A stretch of 64,000 nt of DNA, taken from positions 48,795 to 112,794 of the IMG/VR virus record IMGVR_UViG_3300003177_000010; one strand, given 5' to 3'. Source of the stretch: a virus. How positions within the stretch are numbered: the first letter of the stretch is position 1; every line of letters begins with the position of its first letter. The notes beneath the pieces were generated by a model that saw nothing but the letters and a program-made list of their open reading frames with translations, searched no databases and was not told the origin of the DNA. The position numbers and the translations under genes are program-made. Below are positions 38,638 to 48,061 of this stretch, one piece after another.

Positions 38638-41600
38638 TTATACTCCTATAGCTGTTATCATTACGTTTGCAGAACTATTAGCTAAGTATTGCCCAGAGCC
38701 ATTACTAGCAAATATATTAAAAGATAATTGGTTATTTGAAGCTGCTGTAGTAACTACTATAGCAGTATTATTTTGTGCATCAACTTGATCTATTATAGTA
38801 TATGTTATTGTAGGTCTATATATAAAATCAGCTGTGCTATAATCTACGTTAGTTGGGCTACTTGTATAAGGAACTGTAGTTGTAAAAATTGTTTGTTCTT
38901 TATCTACTGTATATCTTAAGGTATCTATAGTATAATCATAGCTACCGGGGTTATTATTAGTAATTTCCTGTTTAAGCTGAAAGTATCTAAACCTGCGAGT
39001 ACTGGTAGTAAAAGGTGCCCAACCATTACTAGATGCACTACCTATAAAGGCTAATACATTAACATTACCGTTTGCAAAATATACATTGTTTGTAGCTACT
39101 CTTATGAAGATTTGAGAAGTTACTGCTCCTAGATCACCAACGTAGGTAGCATCTACACCTGTGTCATTATATTGTCTAAAGTTTACCAAAGAGTAAGTAC
39201 TAGGGGCAGAAGTAATATTACTAAAGTAATTAGCGCTAGTAGGGGACCCGTTAGCATAAAAAGTAGCTCCTAGCTCTATAGCATTAGCATTTATAACACC
39301 TGCTACTAGAGCGTAAGAATTAGCATTAGCATAGTCTCCTATATATTGACCATAGTTCCATATGCCCCATACATTACCAGCTACTCCTCCATCCATTATA
39401 GTTTGGTTATTAGCATCAAATCTACTATCTACTACTGCGGAGTTGTTAAATCCTAATACATGGCCGATACCGCCGAAGCTTGTATCTATTAAAACATTTG
39501 AAGAAGTTGATATATCTGATACCGAGGAAAAAATATCTATATGTTGGTCATTCCACTTATTATTTATAACTTGGTAAGCATTATTAGTCAATACTATAGA
39601 GGCAGTAACTTCAGTAAGCATGTCTCTAATAGGAGTTATATAAGTACTAGAAGACTCCGCTAATATATCCGTAGCACTACCTATTATTACGCTAAAGCCA
39701 GTAGAAGACCCATTAGCATTATCAATTGGAGAAGAGTAACTATAAGATAGGCCACCGGTATTAGAATTAGCAAAGGAAGGAAAATAATACTCATTAGTAT
39801 TATTATTATTTATAGATGCAAAACTTACGTAGGGATTATCTTCATTATAAGCTGCAATAGTATTTGTTTTCTTAGGCTTAACAGTAGTTAACGTTATTCC
39901 TTCTACAGTATCACTATAATTGCCACTAGTATCTTTAGTTCTAACTAGGTAAGTAAATGTACCGTACATGTCAATAGGTATAGATTTTCTAGCTGTACCA
40001 GCCGATACGGTAACCAAATCATTAGCTACTATATAGTTAGATAAAGTCGCAGCTTTAGTTCCTGGTATTTTACGAATTATAACTTCTTTTAAGTCTATAT
40101 CAAATAAGTCACCGTTTTTACGTACGTATTGCCAGAATAAAGTAATCTGGGTATCTTGTTGTCCTCCAGACAGCCCAATAATATTTAAAGGAGCAGCAGT
40201 CTTACCGATAATAGTAGCTGATTTAGTTGTAGTTACCCCTCTAATACTATTATTAATAGGAGTAATTCTAAATGTTATACTATTAGATCCACTAATAGCC
40301 CCTCTATTCACTCCTGATACTGTAAAACTAATTCTACCTTCAGAAGTAACACCGCTAGCGGATACCTTAACAGTATTATAGTTAGTTAAACTAACACCAG
40401 CATCATTTCCATTTATATTTTCTACAGTACTTAACCTATAAGAAATTTCATAATCAGTAACTTCTTGATTTATTATATGGTCAAAAGAGCAGGTGACCCT
40501 AACACTTACCCCGCCTGTTTGTTCTCTATATAATGATTCGTCTATGCTTATATTGGTAACTTTTTGTATCGGTAAAGGTAATACTAGTACATCTTTATGC
40601 ACGTAGGAGCTAGTCCTACCTAGAGCACTTTTATTTCTAGCCATTAAAGATGTTACTCCTAGAGGTAGGTCTTTTATTACTAAATCCTTTGATAAGAACA
40701 CCTTATCATAGTTAGAATCTACTTCTAAAGTATATATACTACTATTAGCTAAATGTAAATATGTAGGATACTCTAAATTACTATAATCAAAACTACAAGT
40801 ATTATTGTACACGTTATTTATGTAACCTGTAGGATTACTACTAATATTTATAAAGCTAGCTCCTGCTAACTCAATATTAGGAGTTTCTGCCAGTTGTACT
40901 TTATATATATTATTAGCAGTAAGAGATGCATTATATATATTACTTTCTTTTATGTAAGATGCTTCTAACACAGAGAACACATTAGAACTAGATACTTGTA
41001 GAGAGTCTCCTAGTTCTATAGAGGGAACAGTATAAAAATCTACTTCATACCTAAATGTAGTATCTGATGTTGCTTTTGTATAAGTGATAAAAGCATTATC
41101 AGCATTGTTATAGTTTAAAGTTACAGAATACTGGCCACTATTTTTAAGAATACCGTCTATATATAGCTGTACATCTTCTATATTTCTAGGCTTAACATTA
41201 AGAGGTATATACTCTGTAGTACTATTTGTTAAATTGCCAGTAACTACTATATGTTTAGAAGTACCAGTTACATAAAAGGTGTTAGCAGCGTAATTGTTAT
41301 TAGCTAATAATTGAGAAATAGATATATTAAATGGAGTACTAGGTAATAAGTTAGATAAACTAATAGAATTTGTAATAGTATTAGGGATAGTAATACTATT
41401 GCTAGTGTTACTGTTTATTGGTCTAGATACATAAGAAGTATCGGAACTATAACCAATAAAATTTAGTTGATTTATTGTACTACTTTTATCTACTATAGGT
41501 ATAACAATATTGTTTGCACCTTTCAAACTTCCGAACACATTAGCGGAGTTAGTATCTAGTACGTGAGCACTAAAATTATCGTCGTAGCAATCAGATAGCC

Positions 41601-44289
41601 CATCTATTGACAGTGTTATATAAGAAGCATTACTAGTTACAGCACTACACTGAAGCTTAAGTTCACCTATAGGGGAGGTAAATCCACTCTTACCTACTAT
41701 AGCAGCCGGAGCACCATTAGATAATATAGCAGTATTTGAGGTAACTACTGTAAATGCATTTGTTGTATAAGCGTTAGATATTAAAGTAGAGGATAGAGGG
41801 TTAGCTAAATAATACTCTGTCTCAAAGTTTTGCCCAATACCTAATGTATCTGTATAATTGTTTATTATACCGTCTACTGCTACTGTACCATCTAATCTCC
41901 TAGTGTATTTTGCGTAAAAGTCAATTAAAGGAGCAGGAGGCGGTAACAAAGGACTAGGTATATCAGTATATGCAGTAGGCTCATAATTTATAAAAGTATC
42001 TGAATCCACGTATATATTAGAGATATATTCAATACCTGTAACTTTAACAGATTCCTCTTTAGAATTTCTAGTTATACTAGTTACTTTAAATAGTTTACCC
42101 GATTTACTAGTATAGTAATTATTTATGTTAGTAAATTCCCCAATACTCCATAAGTCGCCTGTACTAGGAGTACTATTAGCAGAAAAAGAACTAATAGGGA
42201 CTATACTTTTACTTATAGGGTCAAACTTACTTATAGCATGTACTTGTATTGTATCGGCACCAGTAGTAGTAGTACCATTATTATATATATTATAACTACT
42301 ATTACTAAGTATGTACAAATCTTGTTTATCACTACTATGACTTATTATACGCATAGCTAAAGGATAAGTATTACTAGTAAATAAAGACGAGGTTATTGCA
42401 GGCACAGTAAAGTGTTCTAAGGTAACATTAGCGTCGGAAGAGGAGCTATTAATAATTTTACCCCCATATCCATAAGCTACTCCAGTACCATTTACTGCTA
42501 TAGCTATAACATCTCCAGGAGCTAAAGATAATGCCTCAGTGCCCGTCTCAAAAGATATATGTCTTCTTAAGTACTTAGAAGATGCAATATGATACTGAGC
42601 AGCGCGTATAGCTTGCCCACGTCTAGTAACTCCTTGTAAATCTAAGGATAGTATGTTATCAATAGTGTTTCTAGTAAGTCCATCATTAAATTCTTGAGAA
42701 TCTACTCTAACTACTTCTCTTTTAAAATGATTAGTAGGCTCTATATAGCTAACATCTACTCCTGTAACTATTGATTCTTCTTTACTACCTGAGATAGTTA
42801 TACTACCCTTTTTTATGGACGCTTCATTAAACAACATCACTGGGTACATATCTGGCATATCTACTGCTAAGCTTATCTTACCTCCAGAGTATATTAATAT
42901 ACCTCTAAAAGTAGCTGTAATACTGTTAAGCACATCAATAGATAGCTGTTGGTCTACTAAACTTAAATCTAGTGTAAACCTGCGTTCAGGTACTATAGTT
43001 CCTGACGGCAACCCTACTTGGTTTTCTTTTACTTTAGTGTAAGTTCCTTGAGGTTTATACCTATAAGACCCGTCTGCAATACCTTCTACCCCATAAAATA
43101 CACCAGTGGTATCATCACAAGCGTCACAATACTGTGCTACTTGATAAAACTTATATTTATCTATATTTTTTTCTGGTATACCCAGTCCATAAGTATTATT
43201 AGTAAGTATATCGTAGACTATCCATACAGGGTTTTGTGTCCATGCATATACAAAAGTACCGTCCCAAGTACCTGTATAAATTTCAGGACTTGTAGAATAA
43301 TTAACTGTAGATGTACCACTTTTTTGTAGTCTATAACCATTAGAACTTAAGTAACTAGTAGGTACTTCTAGTTGCCTCCAATCAATGTCACCACTAGGCA
43401 ATATTGGTTGGTTATAATTAGAAGGTACTTTAACTAATAGCCCTTTAACCATAGAAGTAAAATTAGGTACTCCACCCGTATGCTCGTTAGTAGCTTTTAT
43501 AGCATAACCTATTAAAGCAGTTCTAGGGTACGCCTGTTTAGAGCTTTCAATTTCGTTCCACCCAGTTATCTTAATATCATCGCCTATTTTAGCATCAGAA
43601 GAATCATCTGTGGTCTTACTTACGGAAAATTTATATCCATTAGCAGATTTATAAGTTTCAGGTATTATTACTCTTATGGTAAACTTAAAAGATATATCAG
43701 TTTTACCTTTTATAACCTTAGAAGCAGTAGCTATTATATTGGAACTAGTATCATCGTACACATCAACTTTAACACCTACAGAGTAAGACAGAACCCCTCC
43801 AGAACTTGTACCTTTATATAGTTTACTAACTATAAAGTTAAAGTCTAGTATATCCCACGCACCATTACTAGTATCTTGTAGAGTAATGCTAGAAGCAGGT
43901 ACCCCAGCTAAGTTACCCTTTTTTAGAGTAACTGCAGAGGAAAAGTTTTGAGGAGTTACAATAGAATCTCCAAATACAGATAGCGACCCCTGCACAGTAG
44001 TACCTGTTGCAGTTAATGTTTTAAATTTATCAGTATTTTCTGCCCCATTCCCCTCTAAGAATAATAAATCATCAATGGAACTATCTTGTACTTGTATATC
44101 CTGAGGCCCGTTAGGATTAACACGATAAACGGGACCCTCTCCTATAGCATTAACTATAAAAAGTATATCAGTAGAGAATAAAGAGTTAGCATCTATTTTA
44201 GGAGTACCTTTACTACCCCCACCAGCACCTGCTATAACAGGTAGTGTTTTACCCTTATATGTTAAAAAATTACCCAAAGAAGTTACCAA
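38638..44289 (-). CDS. central tail fibre / tip attachment protein (lambda gpJ-like)
   Basis: GEGP, YPRTA, KVPSNY, WDGTF...WTQNP.W, YCD, FN3-like repeats, 1883 aa. Confidence 0.9.
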   Translation of the reverse strand: MVTSLGNFLTYKGKTLPVIAGAGGGSKGTPKIDANSLFSTDILFIVNAIGEGPVYRVNPNGPQDIQVQDSSIDDLLFLEGNGAENTDKFKTLTATGTTVQGSLSVFGDSIVTPQNFSSAVTLKKGNLAGVPASSITLQDTSNGAWDILDFNFIVSKLYKGTSSGGVLSYSVGVKVDVYDDTSSNIIATASKVIKGKTDISFKFTIRVIIPETYKSANGYKFSVSKTTDDSSDAKIGDDIKITGWNEIESSKQAYPRTALIGYAIKATNEHTGGVPNFTSMVKGLLVKVPSNYNQPILPSGDIDWRQLEVPTSYLSSNGYRLQKSGTSTVNYSTSPEIYTGTWDGTFVYAWTQNPVWIVYDILTNNTYGLGIPEKNIDKYKFYQVAQYCDACDDTTGVFYGVEGIADGSYRYKPQGTYTKVKENQVGLPSGTIVPERRFTLDLSLVDQQLSIDVLNSITATFRGILIYSGGKISLAVDMPDMYPVMLFNEASIKKGSITISGSKEESIVTGVDVSYIEPTNHFKREVVRVDSQEFNDGLTRNTIDNILSLDLQGVTRRGQAIRAAQYHIASSKYLRRHISFETGTEALSLAPGDVIAIAVNGTGVAYGYGGKIINSSSSDANVTLEHFTVPAITSSLFTSNTYPLAMRIISHSSDKQDLYILSNSSYNIYNNGTTTTGADTIQVHAISKFDPISKSIVPISSFSANSTPSTGDLWSIGEFTNINNYYTSKSGKLFKVTSITRNSKEESVKVTGIEYISNIYVDSDTFINYEPTAYTDIPSPLLPPPAPLIDFYAKYTRRLDGTVAVDGIINNYTDTLGIGQNFETEYYLANPLSSTLISNAYTTNAFTVVTSNTAILSNGAPAAIVGKSGFTSPIGELKLQCSAVTSNASYITLSIDGLSDCYDDNFSAHVLDTNSANVFGSLKGANNIVIPIVDKSSTINQLNFIGYSSDTSYVSRPINSNTSNSITIPNTITNSISLSNLLPSTPFNISISQLLANNNYAANTFYVTGTSKHIVVTGNLTNSTTEYIPLNVKPRNIEDVQLYIDGILKNSGQYSVTLNYNNADNAFITYTKATSDTTFRYEVDFYTVPSIELGDSLQVSSSNVFSVLEASYIKESNIYNASLTANNIYKVQLAETPNIELAGASFINISSNPTGYINNVYNNTCSFDYSNLEYPTYLHLANSSIYTLEVDSNYDKVFLSKDLVIKDLPLGVTSLMARNKSALGRTSSYVHKDVLVLPLPIQKVTNISIDESLYREQTGGVSVRVTCSFDHIINQEVTDYEISYRLSTVENINGNDAGVSLTNYNTVKVSASGVTSEGRISFTVSGVNRGAISGSNSITFRITPINNSIRGVTTTKSATIIGKTAAPLNIIGLSGGQQDTQITLFWQYVRKNGDLFDIDLKEVIIRKIPGTKAATLSNYIVANDLVTVSAGTARKSIPIDMYGTFTYLVRTKDTSGNYSDTVEGITLTTVKPKKTNTIAAYNEDNPYVSFASINNNNTNEYYFPSFANSNTGGLSYSYSSPIDNANGSSTGFSVIIGSATDILAESSSTYITPIRDMLTEVTASIVLTNNAYQVINNKWNDQHIDIFSSVSDISTSSNVLIDTSFGGIGHVLGFNNSAVVDSRFDANNQTIMDGGVAGNVWGIWNYGQYIGDYANANSYALVAGVINANAIELGATFYANGSPTSANYFSNITSAPSTYSLVNFRQYNDTGVDATYVGDLGAVTSQIFIRVATNNVYFANGNVNVLAFIGSASSNGWAPFTTSTRRFRYFQLKQEITNNNPGSYDYTIDTLRYTVDKEQTIFTTTVPYTSSPTNVDYSTADFIYRPTITYTIIDQVDAQNNTAIVVTTAASNNQLSFNIFASNGSGQYLANSSANVMITAIGV

Positions 44290-44944
44290 CCTTTATTACT
44301 TCTGATTTTCCGTGTTCTATAGCTTGAATATAACCGCTTATAAACTGGCCTGCTACGCGTACCTCTCCATAATGAAGAGCTACAGGAGTATCACTAGTTG
44401 TAGAATTCGATAAGGAACTAAACATATCATTTCTACTAGCTTTATCTTTATTACCCGATTTCTTAGTGAACATTGCTACAAAACCAGATAAAATTAAATT
44501 TATACCTATATTAGTAATTGTACCTGCAATAGTAGCTTCTAAAGCCCCACCAGCAGCAGCACCCAAAACTCCCCCTATAGCGGGAGCTAAGGTACCCGCA
44601 GAAGCAACTAACGCTACTCCTAAAAGTACAGTCATTAAGCCGTTATCTCCGCCACCACCTACTATAGTAGGTACTATATATATCTTATCATTTTTTTTAG
44701 GTACTCTAATCATTAACTCTTCTATGCTTATTATATTAAAGTCCTTATCTAAAATAACAAAACAATCCGTCTCTCCGTTAACAAGTTGCTGCTTTATGAA
44801 ACCAATAAAAGATTTGTGCATAGCGTGTAAATAGGTAATTAGTTCACTATAAGTACTTAAGTCTGTGCTAAACGATTTACTAGGGAAAAACCTTTTGAAT
44901 GCTGAATGTACGTGAATATTAACTATCAAGGTGCTTACTCTCAA
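44270..44944 (-). CDS. tail tip assembly protein I (ubiquitin-like N-terminal domain)
   Basis: IVPTIVGGGG, Gly/Ala hydrophobic stretch, PVALHYGEVRVAG. Confidence 0.8.
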   Translation of the reverse strand: MRVSTLIVNIHVHSAFKRFFPSKSFSTDLSTYSELITYLHAMHKSFIGFIKQQLVNGETDCFVILDKDFNIISIEELMIRVPKKNDKIYIVPTIVGGGGDNGLMTVLLGVALVASAGTLAPAIGGVLGAAAGGALEATIAGTITNIGINLILSGFVAMFTKKSGNKDKASRNDMFSSLSNSTTSDTPVALHYGEVRVAGQFISGYIQAIEHGKSEVIKVGNFFG

Positions 44945-45290
44945 ATTCTTCGAATTTTAGTGCATGTACATTAGAATCGTACCAATACGTATATATTTTG
45001 TTAATGAACCCAACAAAAAATTTATACTCACTAAACATAGTACTCATTTTATCTTCTTTACTAGGTATAGGGTCTTCTTCTCCTGGGTGGGAATGAAATA
45101 TACCGAAGATATTACCATCATTAACTACTAAGGCTTCAGGATCTAAAAAAAATGTAGTTTTTGGGGTACTACTTATATTTTTACAAGGTATATACTGCAT
45201 ATCTTTAGTAACTAGCCCTACGCATTCTCTAGGAAAATCCTTGAGTGCATGTGCTTTCATTTCTTTTTTTATCCTATTAAAGGTGTCCAT
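44919..45290 (-). CDS. JAB/MPN metallopeptidase (gpK N-terminal domain-like)
   Basis: PRECVG, FHSHP, PSKED. Confidence 0.85.
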   Translation of the reverse strand: MDTFNRIKKEMKAHALKDFPRECVGLVTKDMQYIPCKNISSTPKTTFFLDPEALVVNDGNIFGIFHSHPGEEDPIPSKEDKMSTMFSEYKFFVGFINKIYTYWYDSNVHALKFEEFESKHLDS

Positions 45291-45712
45291 CTAAATATTC
45301 CTGTAGTATATTGTCTATAGTAGCTACCGTATGGAGCCAGCCAGCTTACATGTCCTGGCATACTATGTAAAATTTTATTTGCACCTATAAATAATGCACA
45401 ATGATTAGATATATTAGTGCTGCCAATGCTCATAATCACTATATCTAAAGTGCTGGCAGTATCTACCTGTTTCCAGTAGTGGCTATTAGTAGTAAAGTTA
45501 ACACCTTTATACAATAAATCTTCTGTAGTTCTGTTATACCAATCTTCTTCTATTATATTACAAAAGTCAGATGTTTTAATAGGAATACTAACATTACTTT
45601 CTTGCTCAATTACGAACTTACATAAGTTAAAACAGTCAATACCTGTATGTATATTATCACCTAAATGCTTAAAAGGGGCGCCTAAATACTTATTATACCA
45701 GAGTGTATACAT
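45269..45712 (-). CDS. NlpC/P60 family protein
   Basis: GIDCFNL, HCALF, ILH. Confidence 0.85.
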   Translation of the reverse strand: MYTLWYNKYLGAPFKHLGDNIHTGIDCFNLCKFVIEQESNVSIPIKTSDFCNIIEEDWYNRTTEDLLYKGVNFTTNSHYWKQVDTASTLDIVIMSIGSTNISNHCALFIGANKILHSMPGHVSWLAPYGSYYRQYTTGIFRWTPLIG

Positions 45713-46070
45713 TATATAGCCTTTTTAACCATAAGTCATTAATAATATCAATCTTCGCATAGGAACCTTTTAATATGTGGAACATTCTAAAGGTGGGTAT
45801 ATAGATTGCAAAATGTATAATTTTATTTTTATTCCTAAATACTAGTAAATCATATTTTTTAACATTTTGCAAGTCAATTTTTATAAAATAGTTTAATAGG
45901 TGCTCATCTATATAGCCTATAGACATCTCAGTCATCCATTCGTCAGATTTAGGGTACTTTGGTAGTTCTATAAGAATACCTAGTTCTTTTTCATAAAACT
46001 GTTTAATTAACTCTACACAATCAAAGGTGCCGTATTCATGCTTAATATCCATATATGGTAATATGCTCAT
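45693..46070 (-). CDS. second NlpC/P60-like protein
   Basis: FDCVEL, HFAIY, MFH. Confidence 0.7.
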   Translation of the reverse strand: MSILPYMDIKHEYGTFDCVELIKQFYEKELGILIELPKYPKSDEWMTEMSIGYIDEHLLNYFIKIDLQNVKKYDLLVFRNKNKIIHFAIYIPTFRMFHILKGSYAKIDIINDLWLKRLYNVYTLV

Positions 46071-47632
46071 TGCTTTGGTATAGTCCTATTAGTACCAGGA
46101 AACCCGCCAAAATGTAATTCATTATTTCGTAATGAGCAAGCTTTAAAAGACTTACTACATATATCTTGTGACCCTATAGCATTATTAGCTTCTATAGAAT
46201 TACTATTGGATACCTTATTAGTGCCTGGAATAGGTAAGCCCCCTGGGCCAGGGTATTGACACTCCTCACCCTTATATAGCCACTGACAGGTATTTTTATA
46301 ATATTTTCGTCTAGGGGTAACCATCTTAAAGTATTGTAACCAGGACACTAATCCAAATTTAGCTACGTGGTCCGTTAACCCTTCTAATTGATTAATTTTA
46401 AATACATCAGAATGAAAACTATCAGGGTCAGCTAAAGGATTAACTATATAAATAGCATCGCTAATGCTTGTAGCACTATTCAGAGATTTAGATAGGTGTA
46501 ATAACTCATTATTTTCTATATCAATAATTGTAGCTTCTTCTGGTCCTGCAGAGGACTTTACATTGTCACCTATTCTATAAGCTAACGCGCTAGAGACTTT
46601 AATAAGGTCACTATTTACATTAGATGCAATACTATACTCAGGCCAGTAGTCTAAAAAATTAGCAAAGGTTGTTTTAATTTCTACAATACCTCCTAATAAG
46701 TCTCTAGTATCTAACTTTTGTTCCTGCCAAGTACCGTTCACTGATTTAGTCTGAGCATAAGTGAATGTTGCATTAGTAGTACCGTAAGCATTGACTACTG
46801 AATTAGAGTACAACAACCCGTTTGACCTAGCCCTAGACAAGCTATCATATGCTGTAGAACCAGCTATTCCTACATCAGAAGGATTAGCGTTGACAGTCCT
46901 AGGGTCGATACCATTAACAAATTCATTATTAACATAGGCTACTACAGAATTAGAAATATTATTGCCTACTAAGTAAGGGTCTTCTATAAGAGAAGTTATT
47001 ATGTTATCTACATTAAATAAGGAGATAGACAGATCATTTATTTTGCCATCAGCACCTTGGTCAAAACTGTCTATAGCAACAGGATAAGGCATATAACTAG
47101 AAGAGCCATAAGTTACATTATATTGTAAATCGTTAGCTGTATCTCCTACTATTTCTGCAAATCTAATAGGAAAAGTATTAGGCCAAGCTCTACCTTCTCC
47201 GAGTCCTGAAGGGTTACCGTTACCGTTTGGAGGGTACCAATTACCTGGGTAATATATAGAATATAACCTAACTATAGGATTTTGTATGAATGAATTTTTT
47301 TCTGCTATAAAGGTACTAGGGGCTATAGAAGATATAGTAGTTATAGCAGTAGTTGTATTACCTACCATAGTATTAGCTTGAAAAGGTTCGCTACCGCTAT
47401 TTAAAGTACCGTTAGCTGACCCAGACATGAGTATAGTATTAGAGTGTATAACCTCACTAGTTACAAACTCCTGAAGAGTGTTAGATAATTTGACTTTTAC
47501 ATAGTTATTAGACGAATCTATAGCAGCTATTACTCCAACTGCTGTAGAGGAATTACCTATTATAAAATCTGAGACTGCAAAGTTATTAGTAGAAGCTACT
47601 GTTAATATTACATCATAATTACGTGCTGTTAT
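46067..47632 (-). CDS. minor tail protein L-like (Fe-S binding C-terminus), 521 aa, apparent ATA start
   Basis: CQWLYKGEEC...CSKSFKAC...FGGFPG; frame open 68 codons upstream of ATG 47428 to an ATA placed 8 nt after AAGGAG. Confidence 0.75.
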   Translation of the reverse strand: MTARNYDVILTVASTNNFAVSDFIIGNSSTAVGVIAAIDSSNNYVKVKLSNTLQEFVTSEVIHSNTILMSGSANGTLNSGSEPFQANTMVGNTTTAITTISSIAPSTFIAEKNSFIQNPIVRLYSIYYPGNWYPPNGNGNPSGLGEGRAWPNTFPIRFAEIVGDTANDLQYNVTYGSSSYMPYPVAIDSFDQGADGKINDLSISLFNVDNIITSLIEDPYLVGNNISNSVVAYVNNEFVNGIDPRTVNANPSDVGIAGSTAYDSLSRARSNGLLYSNSVVNAYGTTNATFTYAQTKSVNGTWQEQKLDTRDLLGGIVEIKTTFANFLDYWPEYSIASNVNSDLIKVSSALAYRIGDNVKSSAGPEEATIIDIENNELLHLSKSLNSATSISDAIYIVNPLADPDSFHSDVFKINQLEGLTDHVAKFGLVSWLQYFKMVTPRRKYYKNTCQWLYKGEECQYPGPGGLPIPGTNKVSNSNSIEANNAIGSQDICSKSFKACSLRNNELHFGGFPGTNRTIPKQ

Positions 47633-47644
47633 TGTTTCATCTCC

Positions 47645-48061
47645 TTATCCAAATACTTCTTTTAACTTAAAAGATATAGAGTAGTAACTAGCTAACAAGT
47701 TACTACCCGTGCTTTCGACATGTGATACAGACAAACCACCAGCAAAACGTACAGTAACGTTACCAGTCTCTCCTATATGTGATAAGTCTAAGGTAAAAGA
47801 TTCAAAATCTCCATTTCTGTTATTATAAAAAGTTTCAATAGCATTTTTCTGTAGCCCCGTAGCATTAGTGTAAGTTAAAGTATAGTCTCTCACGGGTCTT
47901 CTAGATCTAAGCCTTCTTTTTTCATATCCAGCATCTGTACTAAATACTATAGTAGAAAAAGACTTAGTATAGCTATGGCCTTTATCTGGCGTGTAATCCG
48001 CCATAGAAGAGAAAGAATCTGTAGAGAATATTCCTATGGCATCTGAAGGGTAATAAGCCAT
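47645..48061 (-). CDS. distal tail protein (gpM/DUF2460-like)
   Basis: GYEKRR, FYNNRNGDFESF, VRF, LKEV; follows the tape measure. Confidence 0.75.
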   Translation of the reverse strand: MAYYPSDAIGIFSTDSFSSMADYTPDKGHSYTKSFSTIVFSTDAGYEKRRLRSRRPVRDYTLTYTNATGLQKNAIETFYNNRNGDFESFTLDLSHIGETGNVTVRFAGGLSVSHVESTGSNLLASYYSISFKLKEVFG

